Below are positions 47,434-55,866 of a DNA stretch of 64,000 bases, piece after piece. Within the stretch, counting starts at the first letter, position 1, and each line of letters starts with the position of its first letter. The notes under the pieces are model-generated. The model did not search any database. It was not told the origin of the DNA and worked only from the letters and a program-made list of their open reading frames with translations. The stretch comes from Nitrospira sp. UBA2082. Lineage in GTDB: Bacteria; Nitrospirota; Nitrospiria; Nitrospirales; Nitrospiraceae. The stretch spans positions 277,088 through 341,087 of the forward strand of contig DCZO01000014.1 of assembly GCA_002331335.1 (NCBI GenBank). The letters are read 5' to 3'. The position numbers were made by a program, and so were the translations under genes.

Positions 47434-47736
47434 ATGCCGATGAGCCCAATCCGCACATTCAGGATGATCGCGTTAGCCGAGGGGACGTCGTTTCTGATCT
47501 TGTTGTGCATCGCTATGCCGATGAAGTACATGATGGGGATGCCGATGGCCGTCAGGGTGGCGGGATCGATCCACGGATTTCTGTTCCTGCTCTATGTCGC
47601 CAGGCTGGCCACACTCCGCAGCAAATACCAATGGGACAACAGGTTTTCCATACAGGCCTTCATCGCTTCGATCCTCCCGCTCGGCACCTTCCTGTTCGAC
47701 AAATACCTGCGCGAGAAGGAAGCGGCCGCAACCTGA
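47434..47736 (+). CDS. DUF3817 membrane protein
   Basis: FRMIALAEGTSF..LL.IAMP.KY, GSIHGFLF.LY, ASILPLGTF. Confidence 0.88.
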   Translation: MPMSPIRTFRMIALAEGTSFLILLCIAMPMKYMMGMPMAVRVAGSIHGFLFLLYVARLATLRSKYQWDNRFSIQAFIASILPLGTFLFDKYLREKEAAAT

Positions 47737-47755
47737 CGGCCGCCATGTAAACGCT

Positions 47756-49315
47756 TCACCGCTTTCCGTCATAGCCTTGGTCTTTCCACCGCTGCAGTAA
47801 TTGAATGCGTTTCTGCAGTTGCTCGACTGTGGCTTGATCGACGCGGCTCCCTGTCCGCGCAATTAACTCGGCATTGAGTCGCCGATGATCGATCACGCTG
47901 TTTCTGGCGACGGCGCCGACGAGCAACCGGTGGAGATCGCGCAGATCCTGCTTCCGCTCGTGCAGTGAGACCGATGGTTCCGCCACCGCCGTCGCACTGC
48001 CCTCCCCTTTCATCTCTTCCTCGCCGATCACACTGTCCATCCGTGCGACGGCCATCAGCGGCATGTACTCATTGGTCGAAACCGTGACACGGCCGAAGAG
48101 ATCCCGTTGTCCGGCGGGCATGATGTCCTCCAGCACATGATCCCGCTCCGTCTTGATCTGACGGGCGTAATGCGCCAGGATCGGATCCTTGGGCAAATAG
48201 AGCCAGGCCCGTTGGGGATTCGGCACGCCGTCCTGCATACGGACGAAGCGCCCGACCACCTGCCGGAAATACATTTCCGTCAGCACGTTCGTGCCGTAGA
48301 CGCCGACCCGCAACCGCGGAATATCCACCCCCTCGCTCACCATGTTGACCGCGACCAGCCACTGCTGTTTTTTGTGTGTGGCAAACGCTTCAATCGTGCG
48401 CGAGGCTGCCGGATCATCAGACACCGCCACCTCCGCTTTTGTACCAGTCAGCCGCGCAATCAGCTCTGCCACCCAGCGGGCATGGTCCTGATCCATGCTG
48501 ACAATCAGCCCTCCGGCGTCCGATTGTTCTTCCTTGCGCAATTGAGTGAGCTGCGCATGGGCATCCGCGACCACTTGTCCCAACCAGGATTCCTGCAGCA
48601 GCGCCGTTTTCAACCGCTCCCTCTGCCGGTCGAAGGTCAGCCCGTCTTCAAACGTCGCCGTATGTTCGCGGCCTTCGGAAAACCAGGTCAGCTCCCCTTC
48701 GTAACTGGGAAACACGATCGGCCGGCAGACGCCGTCGGCAATCGCGTCGGTATAGCTGTACGTGAAATCCGCTCGGCTCTCTCCCTGTTCATACCGAATG
48801 AAGGGAATGGGATTGTTATCCGAGCGGAAGGGCGTGCCGGAGAGAACCAGGCGAAACACCGCCGGATCGAACGCCGTTCGTAGCGCCTTGCCCCAGTTCT
48901 TGCCGTCGCCCGCATGGTGCAGCTCATCGAGTATGACCAGCGTCTTCTTGACCCGGCAGGCTCGTTGAAAGCTCTCCGGCGCCAGACACACTTGTTGGTA
49001 GGTTACGACGGCGCCGTGATAGTCCGAGGCTTCGACGCCCTGTTCGTTCGTCAACGCCGGATCGAGTTGCAGACCGACCTTCCCCGCGGCATCCGACCAT
49101 TGCGCGCGCAGGTGGCTGGTCGGGCATACCACCAGCACGCGAAATGCGGACTGGGTTCTTAGAAACTCATGCGCGACGCGCAGCGCAAACCGGGTTTTCC
49201 CGGCGGCAGGCGTCGCCATCGCCAGAAAGTCCGCCGTCGGATGGGCGCACACGGCCGCCATGGCGCGGCGCTGCCAGTCCCGAAGGGGTGCGGTCCAAGC
49301 GGGCAAGATCTTCAT
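47756..49315 (-). CDS. Superfamily-2 DEAD/DEAH-like helicase (ResIII type)
   Basis: LRDWQ, TPAAGKT, ILDELHHAG, LSGTPFRSD, VSEGVDIPRL, FRQVVGRFVR. Confidence 0.9.
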   Translation of the reverse strand: MKILPAWTAPLRDWQRRAMAAVCAHPTADFLAMATPAAGKTRFALRVAHEFLRTQSAFRVLVVCPTSHLRAQWSDAAGKVGLQLDPALTNEQGVEASDYHGAVVTYQQVCLAPESFQRACRVKKTLVILDELHHAGDGKNWGKALRTAFDPAVFRLVLSGTPFRSDNNPIPFIRYEQGESRADFTYSYTDAIADGVCRPIVFPSYEGELTWFSEGREHTATFEDGLTFDRQRERLKTALLQESWLGQVVADAHAQLTQLRKEEQSDAGGLIVSMDQDHARWVAELIARLTGTKAEVAVSDDPAASRTIEAFATHKKQQWLVAVNMVSEGVDIPRLRVGVYGTNVLTEMYFRQVVGRFVRMQDGVPNPQRAWLYLPKDPILAHYARQIKTERDHVLEDIMPAGQRDLFGRVTVSTNEYMPLMAVARMDSVIGEEEMKGEGSATAVAEPSVSLHERKQDLRDLHRLLVGAVARNSVIDHRRLNAELIARTGSRVDQATVEQLQKRIQLLQRWKDQGYDGKR

Positions 49316-49362
49316 CACCAATGTGTCGTCGTGAATGTGAGGAGATGAGAGAACGCGGGCTA

Positions 49363-49552
49363 GCCCACATTATTCATGACAGTTCGTCGCGAAATCGCCA
49401 AGCCGCGTCGTGAGACCAGCGCGTGGAGCCCCAAGGACTTGAGACGTACTCGTGCAGTACGTCGAGGGTCAGAGGGGCGAGCCCGCTGGCCGCAGGCTCG
49501 TCGGAACAGCGGATCGGCGATTGCAGCAGAAGTGTTCATGAATAATGCGGGC
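49363..49552. mobile_element. MITE-like element, 190 bp, TA-flanked
   Basis: TIR GCCCACATTATTCATGA...TCATGAATAATGCGGGC; shares internal blocks with 45506-45716. Confidence 0.8.
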
Positions 49553-50655
49553 TAGTCCAGCCAGTCTTTGTCTTTGAGTTTCCCCGGCAGATATTTCTTC
49601 GTGAGGAACTGGAAATCCTTGTTGGCCAGCGCGTCGAGCTCGTACTTCAGGCCGCTCGCCAGCATCCGCTTGATCTCCGCTTGCCAGGACGGCTTCTTGA
49701 ACCACTGGTAGTTCATCAGCTCCTTCGCGCGTGCGATGTCCTTCTCGTTGAGTTTGATCCCGACGTTGCGCGGCAAGCCGTACCGTTCGGGATCGGCACT
49801 GGATAGGCCGATGAACTTGGCCTTCGGGATCGCCATGCGCTGGCTTTCAAACGCCAGATTGATCGAGCCCTGTTTGACAACGGAATAGATGTAGTACCCC
49901 CAGGGGTCATTATCGACCAGCACGTAGACCGGCAGTCGATATTCTTCATGCAATCGCCTGGCAAGACGGCGAACACCGCGCGGCGGCTGACCGTTCCCGG
50001 TCAGCAGCACGCAGTTGTAGCGTCGCCAGAACTTGTCCTCCGACAATCGGTTCCATTGGGTGCCCTTTTCGACCAGCAGGACGAAGTCCGCCGTACAGCG
50101 CCGGATCTCCAGATATTCCGGTTCGACAATGGACGGAACGGAATACCCGCCCTTGCCCAGCTTCGAGCAGTCCACGCGGTCGCCGTCGTCTCCGAACACC
50201 ACCGGGCCGACAATGCTCCCGCTGTTTTCCGCCCGCACGTGCAGCTCTTCCCGCAACGCCGCCAGCGACACTTCCAAATCCTCAATCACGGGATCGGACT
50301 CGTCCTGGGTGTCGAACGTGTTCTCGTGAGAATCTTGGATCGTGTGTTTGGTCCGGTAGTAAATTTCGCGGAGCGAGGTCGTGAGCTCGGCCCGTTGCAA
50401 TTCCGCCAGCGCGTCCGCCACCAGCATCGTCTGCATGAACTTCTTGGCCATGCCGACGTTGAAAAAGGAGCGGGTCTGTTTCTTATCTCCCATCTCGATC
50501 AGGCCCTTACGTGGGTTGAACGAGACGTTCGAGAGGGCCCGGATGGGAATTGCGAAGGTCGGGTCTTTCGAGCGCTCCGCCGCCGTCACCACCACATCGG
50601 CCAACCCGATGAGTTTCTTTTCGACCGGAGTCGTCTTGTGCTGTTTGGTCGCCAT
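49552..50655 (-). CDS. top6A: DNA topoisomerase VI subunit A (Spo11-like)
   Basis: SLREIYY catalytic Tyr, TOPRIM LVEK and DNDPWG, K.ELDAL. Confidence 0.94.
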   Translation of the reverse strand: MATKQHKTTPVEKKLIGLADVVVTAAERSKDPTFAIPIRALSNVSFNPRKGLIEMGDKKQTRSFFNVGMAKKFMQTMLVADALAELQRAELTTSLREIYYRTKHTIQDSHENTFDTQDESDPVIEDLEVSLAALREELHVRAENSGSIVGPVVFGDDGDRVDCSKLGKGGYSVPSIVEPEYLEIRRCTADFVLLVEKGTQWNRLSEDKFWRRYNCVLLTGNGQPPRGVRRLARRLHEEYRLPVYVLVDNDPWGYYIYSVVKQGSINLAFESQRMAIPKAKFIGLSSADPERYGLPRNVGIKLNEKDIARAKELMNYQWFKKPSWQAEIKRMLASGLKYELDALANKDFQFLTKKYLPGKLKDKDWLD

Positions 50656-50660
50656 GGATC

Positions 50661-52760
50661 TTATTTCTTTCCTCGTGGCTTCGAAGCGGAGACTGGTCTG
50701 TCTCGTCTATCTGACCTGTCCGGTCTATCTTGCCTATCGGATCCGCTGAACAGCGCCATCTGAGCGGCCTTTCCCTTGGGACGCTTGGCATCTTTCCCCT
50801 TCATGCCCGTCGGTGTCTTCCCCTGCGCCTTGGTCGCTGTCGCAACCGGTTTTTCATCGCGAAGGGGATTCGCTTCAACCGGAGTCTGAACCGGCGCGGC
50901 GACCGCCTCACTCTCCACCCGGCTGGCCAGATCCACCTCGCCTTCGATCCCTTCCTCCGTCACGATAATAGAATGGGGCAGCCCTTCGGGTCCCGCGCCG
51001 GTTTTGCCCAACGCCTCGTCGGTCTTCGCCCCACCCGTCCGCGAGTTCGCAATCTTTTGGAGTTGCCCTTTCAATTTCTCTTTGGCCAACTTGCCGCCCT
51101 TGAGACGATTGCAGGCCTCGACCACTTCTTCGATATACAGCTCGAAGATGTTCCGCCGCCGATACTCGCTGGCGGCCCGTTCACGGCGGCGCAAGAATAA
51201 CCCCAACCGCCTGCCGCACTCCCGCAAGGCCAGCGTAATTTCCTTTTGGATTTCGTCATAGTCGGCGATCGCTTCCTTCGACTCGCTCGTGAACGGCACC
51301 CACACCGAGGCCATATGGACGAAGATCACCATCGGCCCGGCCGGCAAGGCTCCGCGCGACTGAGCGACACCGTAATTCTTCCAGGTCGTACCGAGCACCG
51401 CCTTGAACGTCGAACAGGCAGATTGTTGGTAGAGCAGCGGCACGCGGTTGGCGTACCGGATCACGCGGGCGAGTTCCGAATCATCCTCTTCATGTTCGCC
51501 TTCGGCTTTCGGCGCGGTGGGCTGTTTCGTCTTGTTCTGATCTTCCGGTCGACGGCCGTAGGCCAGCCCTGCTTCGATGATGAAAGGGTTGCCCCGATAG
51601 ACCGCCGGCGGCCGACTTACCGCCGTGTAAAACTCGCCTTTGATCTGTTTGTAGAGGCCGGAAAGAATGGCCTTTTCGCCAATTGGCGAGATGCAATTGG
51701 TCGGCGGCGCCATGATCTTGGTCTCTTGGATTGTCCGGTAGAACGTCTCGGCGGCGGCCCCCTTCAAATCTCGCGGCTTCGTGTGCGCCGGGAGTTTCGC
51801 CGCCTTGCACATGTCGTCCGCCAACTGCGGCGACACCCGGCAAAAGTCGCTTGCCAAAAATCCCGAAATCGAATGGCTCTTGGTGTCTTGCAGCATCTTG
51901 AGGAACATGCCGAATTCAATGCCATAGGGATGCGGCTTGATCTCGCGCGGGGACGGCGGCAGTTCATGATAGGTCCGGGGATAGTCCTTCGTCTCCCCTT
52001 CCGGCGTGTGATAGATCAGCCTCACATGGGGATTGGCGATGGACGTTTGCTCCAGCCATTCGTCCACCGATGCCCGGCCTTTCTGGTATTTTCCTTCGAC
52101 TTCAAGCGTGACCTGCGTGCCGCGCGGCTGGGTCCACTCGATCTGCTTGTTTTCATGGACCAGCGGTTCGTTCTTCTTGGTGTCGATTTGCACTTCAAAA
52201 AAATGCGCGGCGGCTTTGGGACCGATACGGGAAATGATCTGCACCGGCTTGCCGGTCGTCAGCTGGCCGTACATGCCGGCGGCAGAGATGCCGATACCCT
52301 GCTGCCCACGGCTCATGCGCATCCGATGAAACTTGGAGCCGTAGAGCAGCTTGGCGAAGATGCGTGGAATCTGCTGACGCACGATGCCCGGCCCGTTGTC
52401 AGTCACCGTGATGCGGAACCGCGTGGCCTGGCTCGCCGACGGCGCAGCGCCATTGGTTGGCACCACGTCCAGCCGCACCGTGACATCCGGCAGAATGCCG
52501 GCCTCTTCGCACGCGTCCAGTGCGTTGTCCACGGCTTCCTTGACGCAGGTCAGCAGCGCCTTGCGCGGATTGTCGAAGCCGAGCAAATGCCGGTTCTTTG
52601 TGAAAAATTCCGAAACCGAAATCTCCCGCTGCCGCGCGCCCATCTCGACCGCCGTCACTTGTTGCGCTGGCCTGGCGGCTTTCTTCGGAACGGGCGACTC
52701 AGATTCGGATCTGGCGGAGTCTGGAGTGGATGTCGCAGAAATCGGATGTTGCTTGGCCAT
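50661..52760 (-). CDS. top6B: DNA topoisomerase VI subunit B
   Basis: REISVSEFF.KN..LLGF, KEAVDNALDA, DNGPGI, SRGQQGIGISA, RYANRVPL, WVPFTSESKEAI; long low-complexity tail. Confidence 0.95.
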   Translation of the reverse strand: MAKQHPISATSTPDSARSESESPVPKKAARPAQQVTAVEMGARQREISVSEFFTKNRHLLGFDNPRKALLTCVKEAVDNALDACEEAGILPDVTVRLDVVPTNGAAPSASQATRFRITVTDNGPGIVRQQIPRIFAKLLYGSKFHRMRMSRGQQGIGISAAGMYGQLTTGKPVQIISRIGPKAAAHFFEVQIDTKKNEPLVHENKQIEWTQPRGTQVTLEVEGKYQKGRASVDEWLEQTSIANPHVRLIYHTPEGETKDYPRTYHELPPSPREIKPHPYGIEFGMFLKMLQDTKSHSISGFLASDFCRVSPQLADDMCKAAKLPAHTKPRDLKGAAAETFYRTIQETKIMAPPTNCISPIGEKAILSGLYKQIKGEFYTAVSRPPAVYRGNPFIIEAGLAYGRRPEDQNKTKQPTAPKAEGEHEEDDSELARVIRYANRVPLLYQQSACSTFKAVLGTTWKNYGVAQSRGALPAGPMVIFVHMASVWVPFTSESKEAIADYDEIQKEITLALRECGRRLGLFLRRRERAASEYRRRNIFELYIEEVVEACNRLKGGKLAKEKLKGQLQKIANSRTGGAKTDEALGKTGAGPEGLPHSIIVTEEGIEGEVDLASRVESEAVAAPVQTPVEANPLRDEKPVATATKAQGKTPTGMKGKDAKRPKGKAAQMALFSGSDRQDRPDRSDRRDRPVSASKPRGKK
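50696..50740. repeat. Five 9-bp tandem units inside the top6B 3' end
   Basis: GTCTGTCTC-GTCTATCTG-ACCTGTCCG-GTCTATCTT-GCCTATCGG, encoding DRx repeats. Confidence 0.7.
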
Positions 52761-53138
52761 TTGTCCTCACAGCACGGTGTCATAAAAATCGCGCGGCATT
52801 CTACACAGAATGGGCGTCTGAGGAAACCCTGGTAGACAATTTTTTGCGACTACGACAGAAAGAATGGAACCGAAGAGGTTGAGTTAGGGTGGGAGGAGCA
52901 CGCACCTAACCGAGGACGATTAGGTACGACGGAGATCTTGGGAGGATTTTAGGCTTCCCAGTACAAGCTGGTCCTGCACACCATCCTCTTTCGCTCGATC
53001 CCCTGATGAACCATATTCCCTCGGGGCGTTAACTCCCCCCACGAAGACTACGATAGACCTCGTCGTACACCGAGTCAAGCGAACCGTTTTGTTGTGACAC
53101 AGGACGAGCGCTGATTGAAAGAGAGGTTTGGAGATATT

Positions 53139-54164
53139 ATGATTCGAGCAATGACCGCCGGACTACGCAGACAATTCTTCCACCCTGCCTTATTCGCCAC
53201 CCTGCTCGCCGTTCAACTCAGCACCGGGTGCTCATCCCTGGACACCCTATTGGCCAGCATCGGATACCGGCATCACAATGAGTTCGACCGCTTAGTTGAG
53301 CAGGCCACAACCGCCCTCCAGACATCGGCTCCCGGATACACGTCGAATCAGGCGAACCGATTGGCGGAATCGGTGCATGAGCTCAACTTTGCGGGTCTGA
53401 TCGCGCTGCTCGCAGGAAAGTCGTTTGCAGAACCAACCGGAGCAGACTTCTTTGACAGCGCTGCCTCGGCTGTACAAAGGGAGTTTGGGGGTCATTCCGC
53501 GATAGACCGTACGCGTATCACGGCGCTCTTGAGTCACGCGTTTCGGAAGCTGAGACAGCCAAGTGACATAGAGATGGACCCTGCCGTGCGGCAGAAAGTT
53601 CTCGAGGCGGGGCTTAAACATTTATCGGACCGGGCCGTCATTCCCCATGCAAACGAGGCGGAGATCGCGGAGATTATTACCCTCTTGGAGACGGGCCGCT
53701 TCTGGGGGGATGCGTCGGACGTCACGCAAGCTGTCTATGGCGGCGTCCAAGGCATTCCTTATGATGCCTTGGGGATGCTCCAGGACCCCGGCTTAGTACG
53801 ATGGCCGGTGAGCACGCTCCGCGCACTCTGCCGAGATGGGCTCTCCACTTCGCCTGCGAATGGTACGACCCCGATTCTCCACGAGACACTCAGAGAATTC
53901 CAGGAACTTCCTCCCATCGGCAGAACTGCCGCGATGCTGAGAGGTGTGCTGGCCCGTGAGAATCGAACGGTTCGTCTCGCGCTGATTCTCTATGCGCGGT
54001 CCCATGGCGTCTCCGAAATCGATGACGACACCATCGACAAGGTTGTGCTGGCATTGGACCCCGCACATCCGGACTTGCGCCCGCTGTTATTGGAAGCCGC
54101 GGATAGGGTAAGAACCAAATACGGGCCCGGCCAGGCATCCATAGCGGTTCGCCGATTACGGTAA
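53139..54164 (+). CDS. Hypothetical lipoprotein, alpha-helical
   Basis: Lipobox-like LSTG|C. Confidence 0.7.
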   Translation: MIRAMTAGLRRQFFHPALFATLLAVQLSTGCSSLDTLLASIGYRHHNEFDRLVEQATTALQTSAPGYTSNQANRLAESVHELNFAGLIALLAGKSFAEPTGADFFDSAASAVQREFGGHSAIDRTRITALLSHAFRKLRQPSDIEMDPAVRQKVLEAGLKHLSDRAVIPHANEAEIAEIITLLETGRFWGDASDVTQAVYGGVQGIPYDALGMLQDPGLVRWPVSTLRALCRDGLSTSPANGTTPILHETLREFQELPPIGRTAAMLRGVLARENRTVRLALILYARSHGVSEIDDDTIDKVVLALDPAHPDLRPLLLEAADRVRTKYGPGQASIAVRRLR

Positions 54165-54340
54165 TCAGGGCGCACGATCGACGGCGCCCAGAGAACCACC
54201 GCAATTTCGACAATTTTCCCTTCCGGGAAGATCAGTTCTGGCCTGTCACCGACAGCCGATCCATTCTCCCTACAGCGCCTCCGGCCACATTGCATTTTGG
54301 AGCTAAGCGTGAGCCACCCTATCGCTCAATCCTCTCCGGA

Positions 54341-54356
54341 CGGTATGCTTTTTGCG
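54341..54356 (+). promoter_or_regulatory. Possible sigma-54 promoter
   Basis: CGGTATGCTTTTTGCG, GG-N10-GC, 115 bp upstream of the 54472 gene. Confidence 0.35.
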
Positions 54357-54471
54357 TTGATCTACGACCGACAAACGTATAATTGACGCTGGTATGGTCA
54401 GTGGGCTAATGTTTCCACAAGAAGAATCGATGCCTGCTCCCACCTAACCGTATATTTCATGGAGGTACGAT

Positions 54472-54957
54472 ATGATCGCTGGCCGGTTAGTGCGGCTCAT
54501 CGAGAAAAACTCCGAACAGCTGTCCCGCGAACTCAGCGAGAAAGTTTGGAACTCCCCCCGATGCAGCGATCTGCACAAGATCCCGCCAGACGAGCTCAAA
54601 GCTCGTACGCGTGAGATTTATCAGAACTTGAACAACTGGTTGCTGGACATGACTGAGGCCGAGATCGAGCGCCGGTACACAGAGCTCGGCGCGCGCCGGG
54701 CAGCCCAAGGTGTCGCCTATAGCCACTTTCTCTGGGCCATCACGGCCACGAGGGAGCACATGGTGGAGTTCGTCCAGCGCGAAGGTTTCTCTGATACGGC
54801 CGTCGATCTGCACGGAGAACTGGAGCTGATACGCCTGCTCGGTCAATTTTTCGATCGGGCGTTGTACTACACGGCGGTGGGATATGAGCGCGAGCGGACT
54901 CGCATCGGCACAAACCTCCACAGGCGCAAGGGCGATGTGCCACACGTAACCATTTAG
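54472..54957 (+). CDS. Stand-alone RsbRD-N-like (non-heme globin-like) helical protein
   Basis: RBS GGAGG; RYTELGARRAAQGV...FFDRALYYTAVGYE pattern. Confidence 0.65.
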   Translation: MIAGRLVRLIEKNSEQLSRELSEKVWNSPRCSDLHKIPPDELKARTREIYQNLNNWLLDMTEAEIERRYTELGARRAAQGVAYSHFLWAITATREHMVEFVQREGFSDTAVDLHGELELIRLLGQFFDRALYYTAVGYERERTRIGTNLHRRKGDVPHVTI

Positions 54958-55079
54958 CACTTCGCACGAGCGAACACTCGTGCCTGCAACAACATCCACG
55001 GGCTCACCGAAGGACGTGGGCCCGCAATCTTCGTAAGATCAGCAACCCCCTGACAACAGCATGGCCTATTTGGGTCCTC

Positions 55080-55805
55080 ATGCACCTGTCGATTATCGTC
55101 CCGGCATTTAATGAAGAGCGGTTGATCACTCGGTGCATCGAGTCTATTTTCACTTCCCTGGCCCACAACAACACACCAGGGCTCACTGCAGAAGTCATCG
55201 TCGTCGACAACAACTCTACCGACAGAACCGCTGAGTTGGCCAAACAGGCCGGCGCTCATGTCGTATTCGAACCGATCAATCAAATCGGCCGGGCCCGCAA
55301 TGCCGGAGCCGCGAAGGCGACCGGAGAGTGGCTGCTGTTCCTCGATGCCGACAGTCTGTTGAATCCGAGACTATTGGCGGACATCCTGGCGATGATCGAA
55401 GCGGGGAAGAGCGTGGGATGTGGGAGCACGCTCGCCATGGACGGGTTACCCTGGTGGGCGAACGGAATCTTTCACCTCTGGAGAGGGATGTCGATCGTGT
55501 TTGGATGGGCCGCCGGCGCGCTGATCGTGTGCCGGCACGACGCCTTCCGTGATATCGGCGGATTTCCCCAGGACCTCTACGCCCTTGAAGAAATCCAACT
55601 CAGCAAACGGCTCAAAGCATGGGGGCGCCCTCGCGGTCTCCGCTTCACGATTTTGTCGAAGCATCCGCTGGACACCTCGTCGCGGAAAGTCGCGCTCTAC
55701 TCCTCCCGAGAGATTGCCGTACAAATCCTCCGGGTCTTCCTGCAGCGGCGACGGACCTTACGTGACAAGACACTCCTGTCGGTGTGGTATGACGGGCGGC
55801 GGTAA
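55080..55805 (+). CDS. Glycosyltransferase family 2
   Basis: SIIVPAFNEE, VVDNNSTD, ARNAGA, FLDADS. Confidence 0.92.
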   Translation: MHLSIIVPAFNEERLITRCIESIFTSLAHNNTPGLTAEVIVVDNNSTDRTAELAKQAGAHVVFEPINQIGRARNAGAAKATGEWLLFLDADSLLNPRLLADILAMIEAGKSVGCGSTLAMDGLPWWANGIFHLWRGMSIVFGWAAGALIVCRHDAFRDIGGFPQDLYALEEIQLSKRLKAWGRPRGLRFTILSKHPLDTSSRKVALYSSREIAVQILRVFLQRRRTLRDKTLLSVWYDGRR

Positions 55806-55866
55806 CCCCTCAGCCTGGTTCTCTCTTCAATTGACTTCACCTTCCCCACCCTCCTAGAATTCCGCC

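Noticed and set aside
51246-52835. 529-aa plus-strand ORF
   Set aside because: Antisense shadow of top6B with no motifs; expected in GC-rich DNA.
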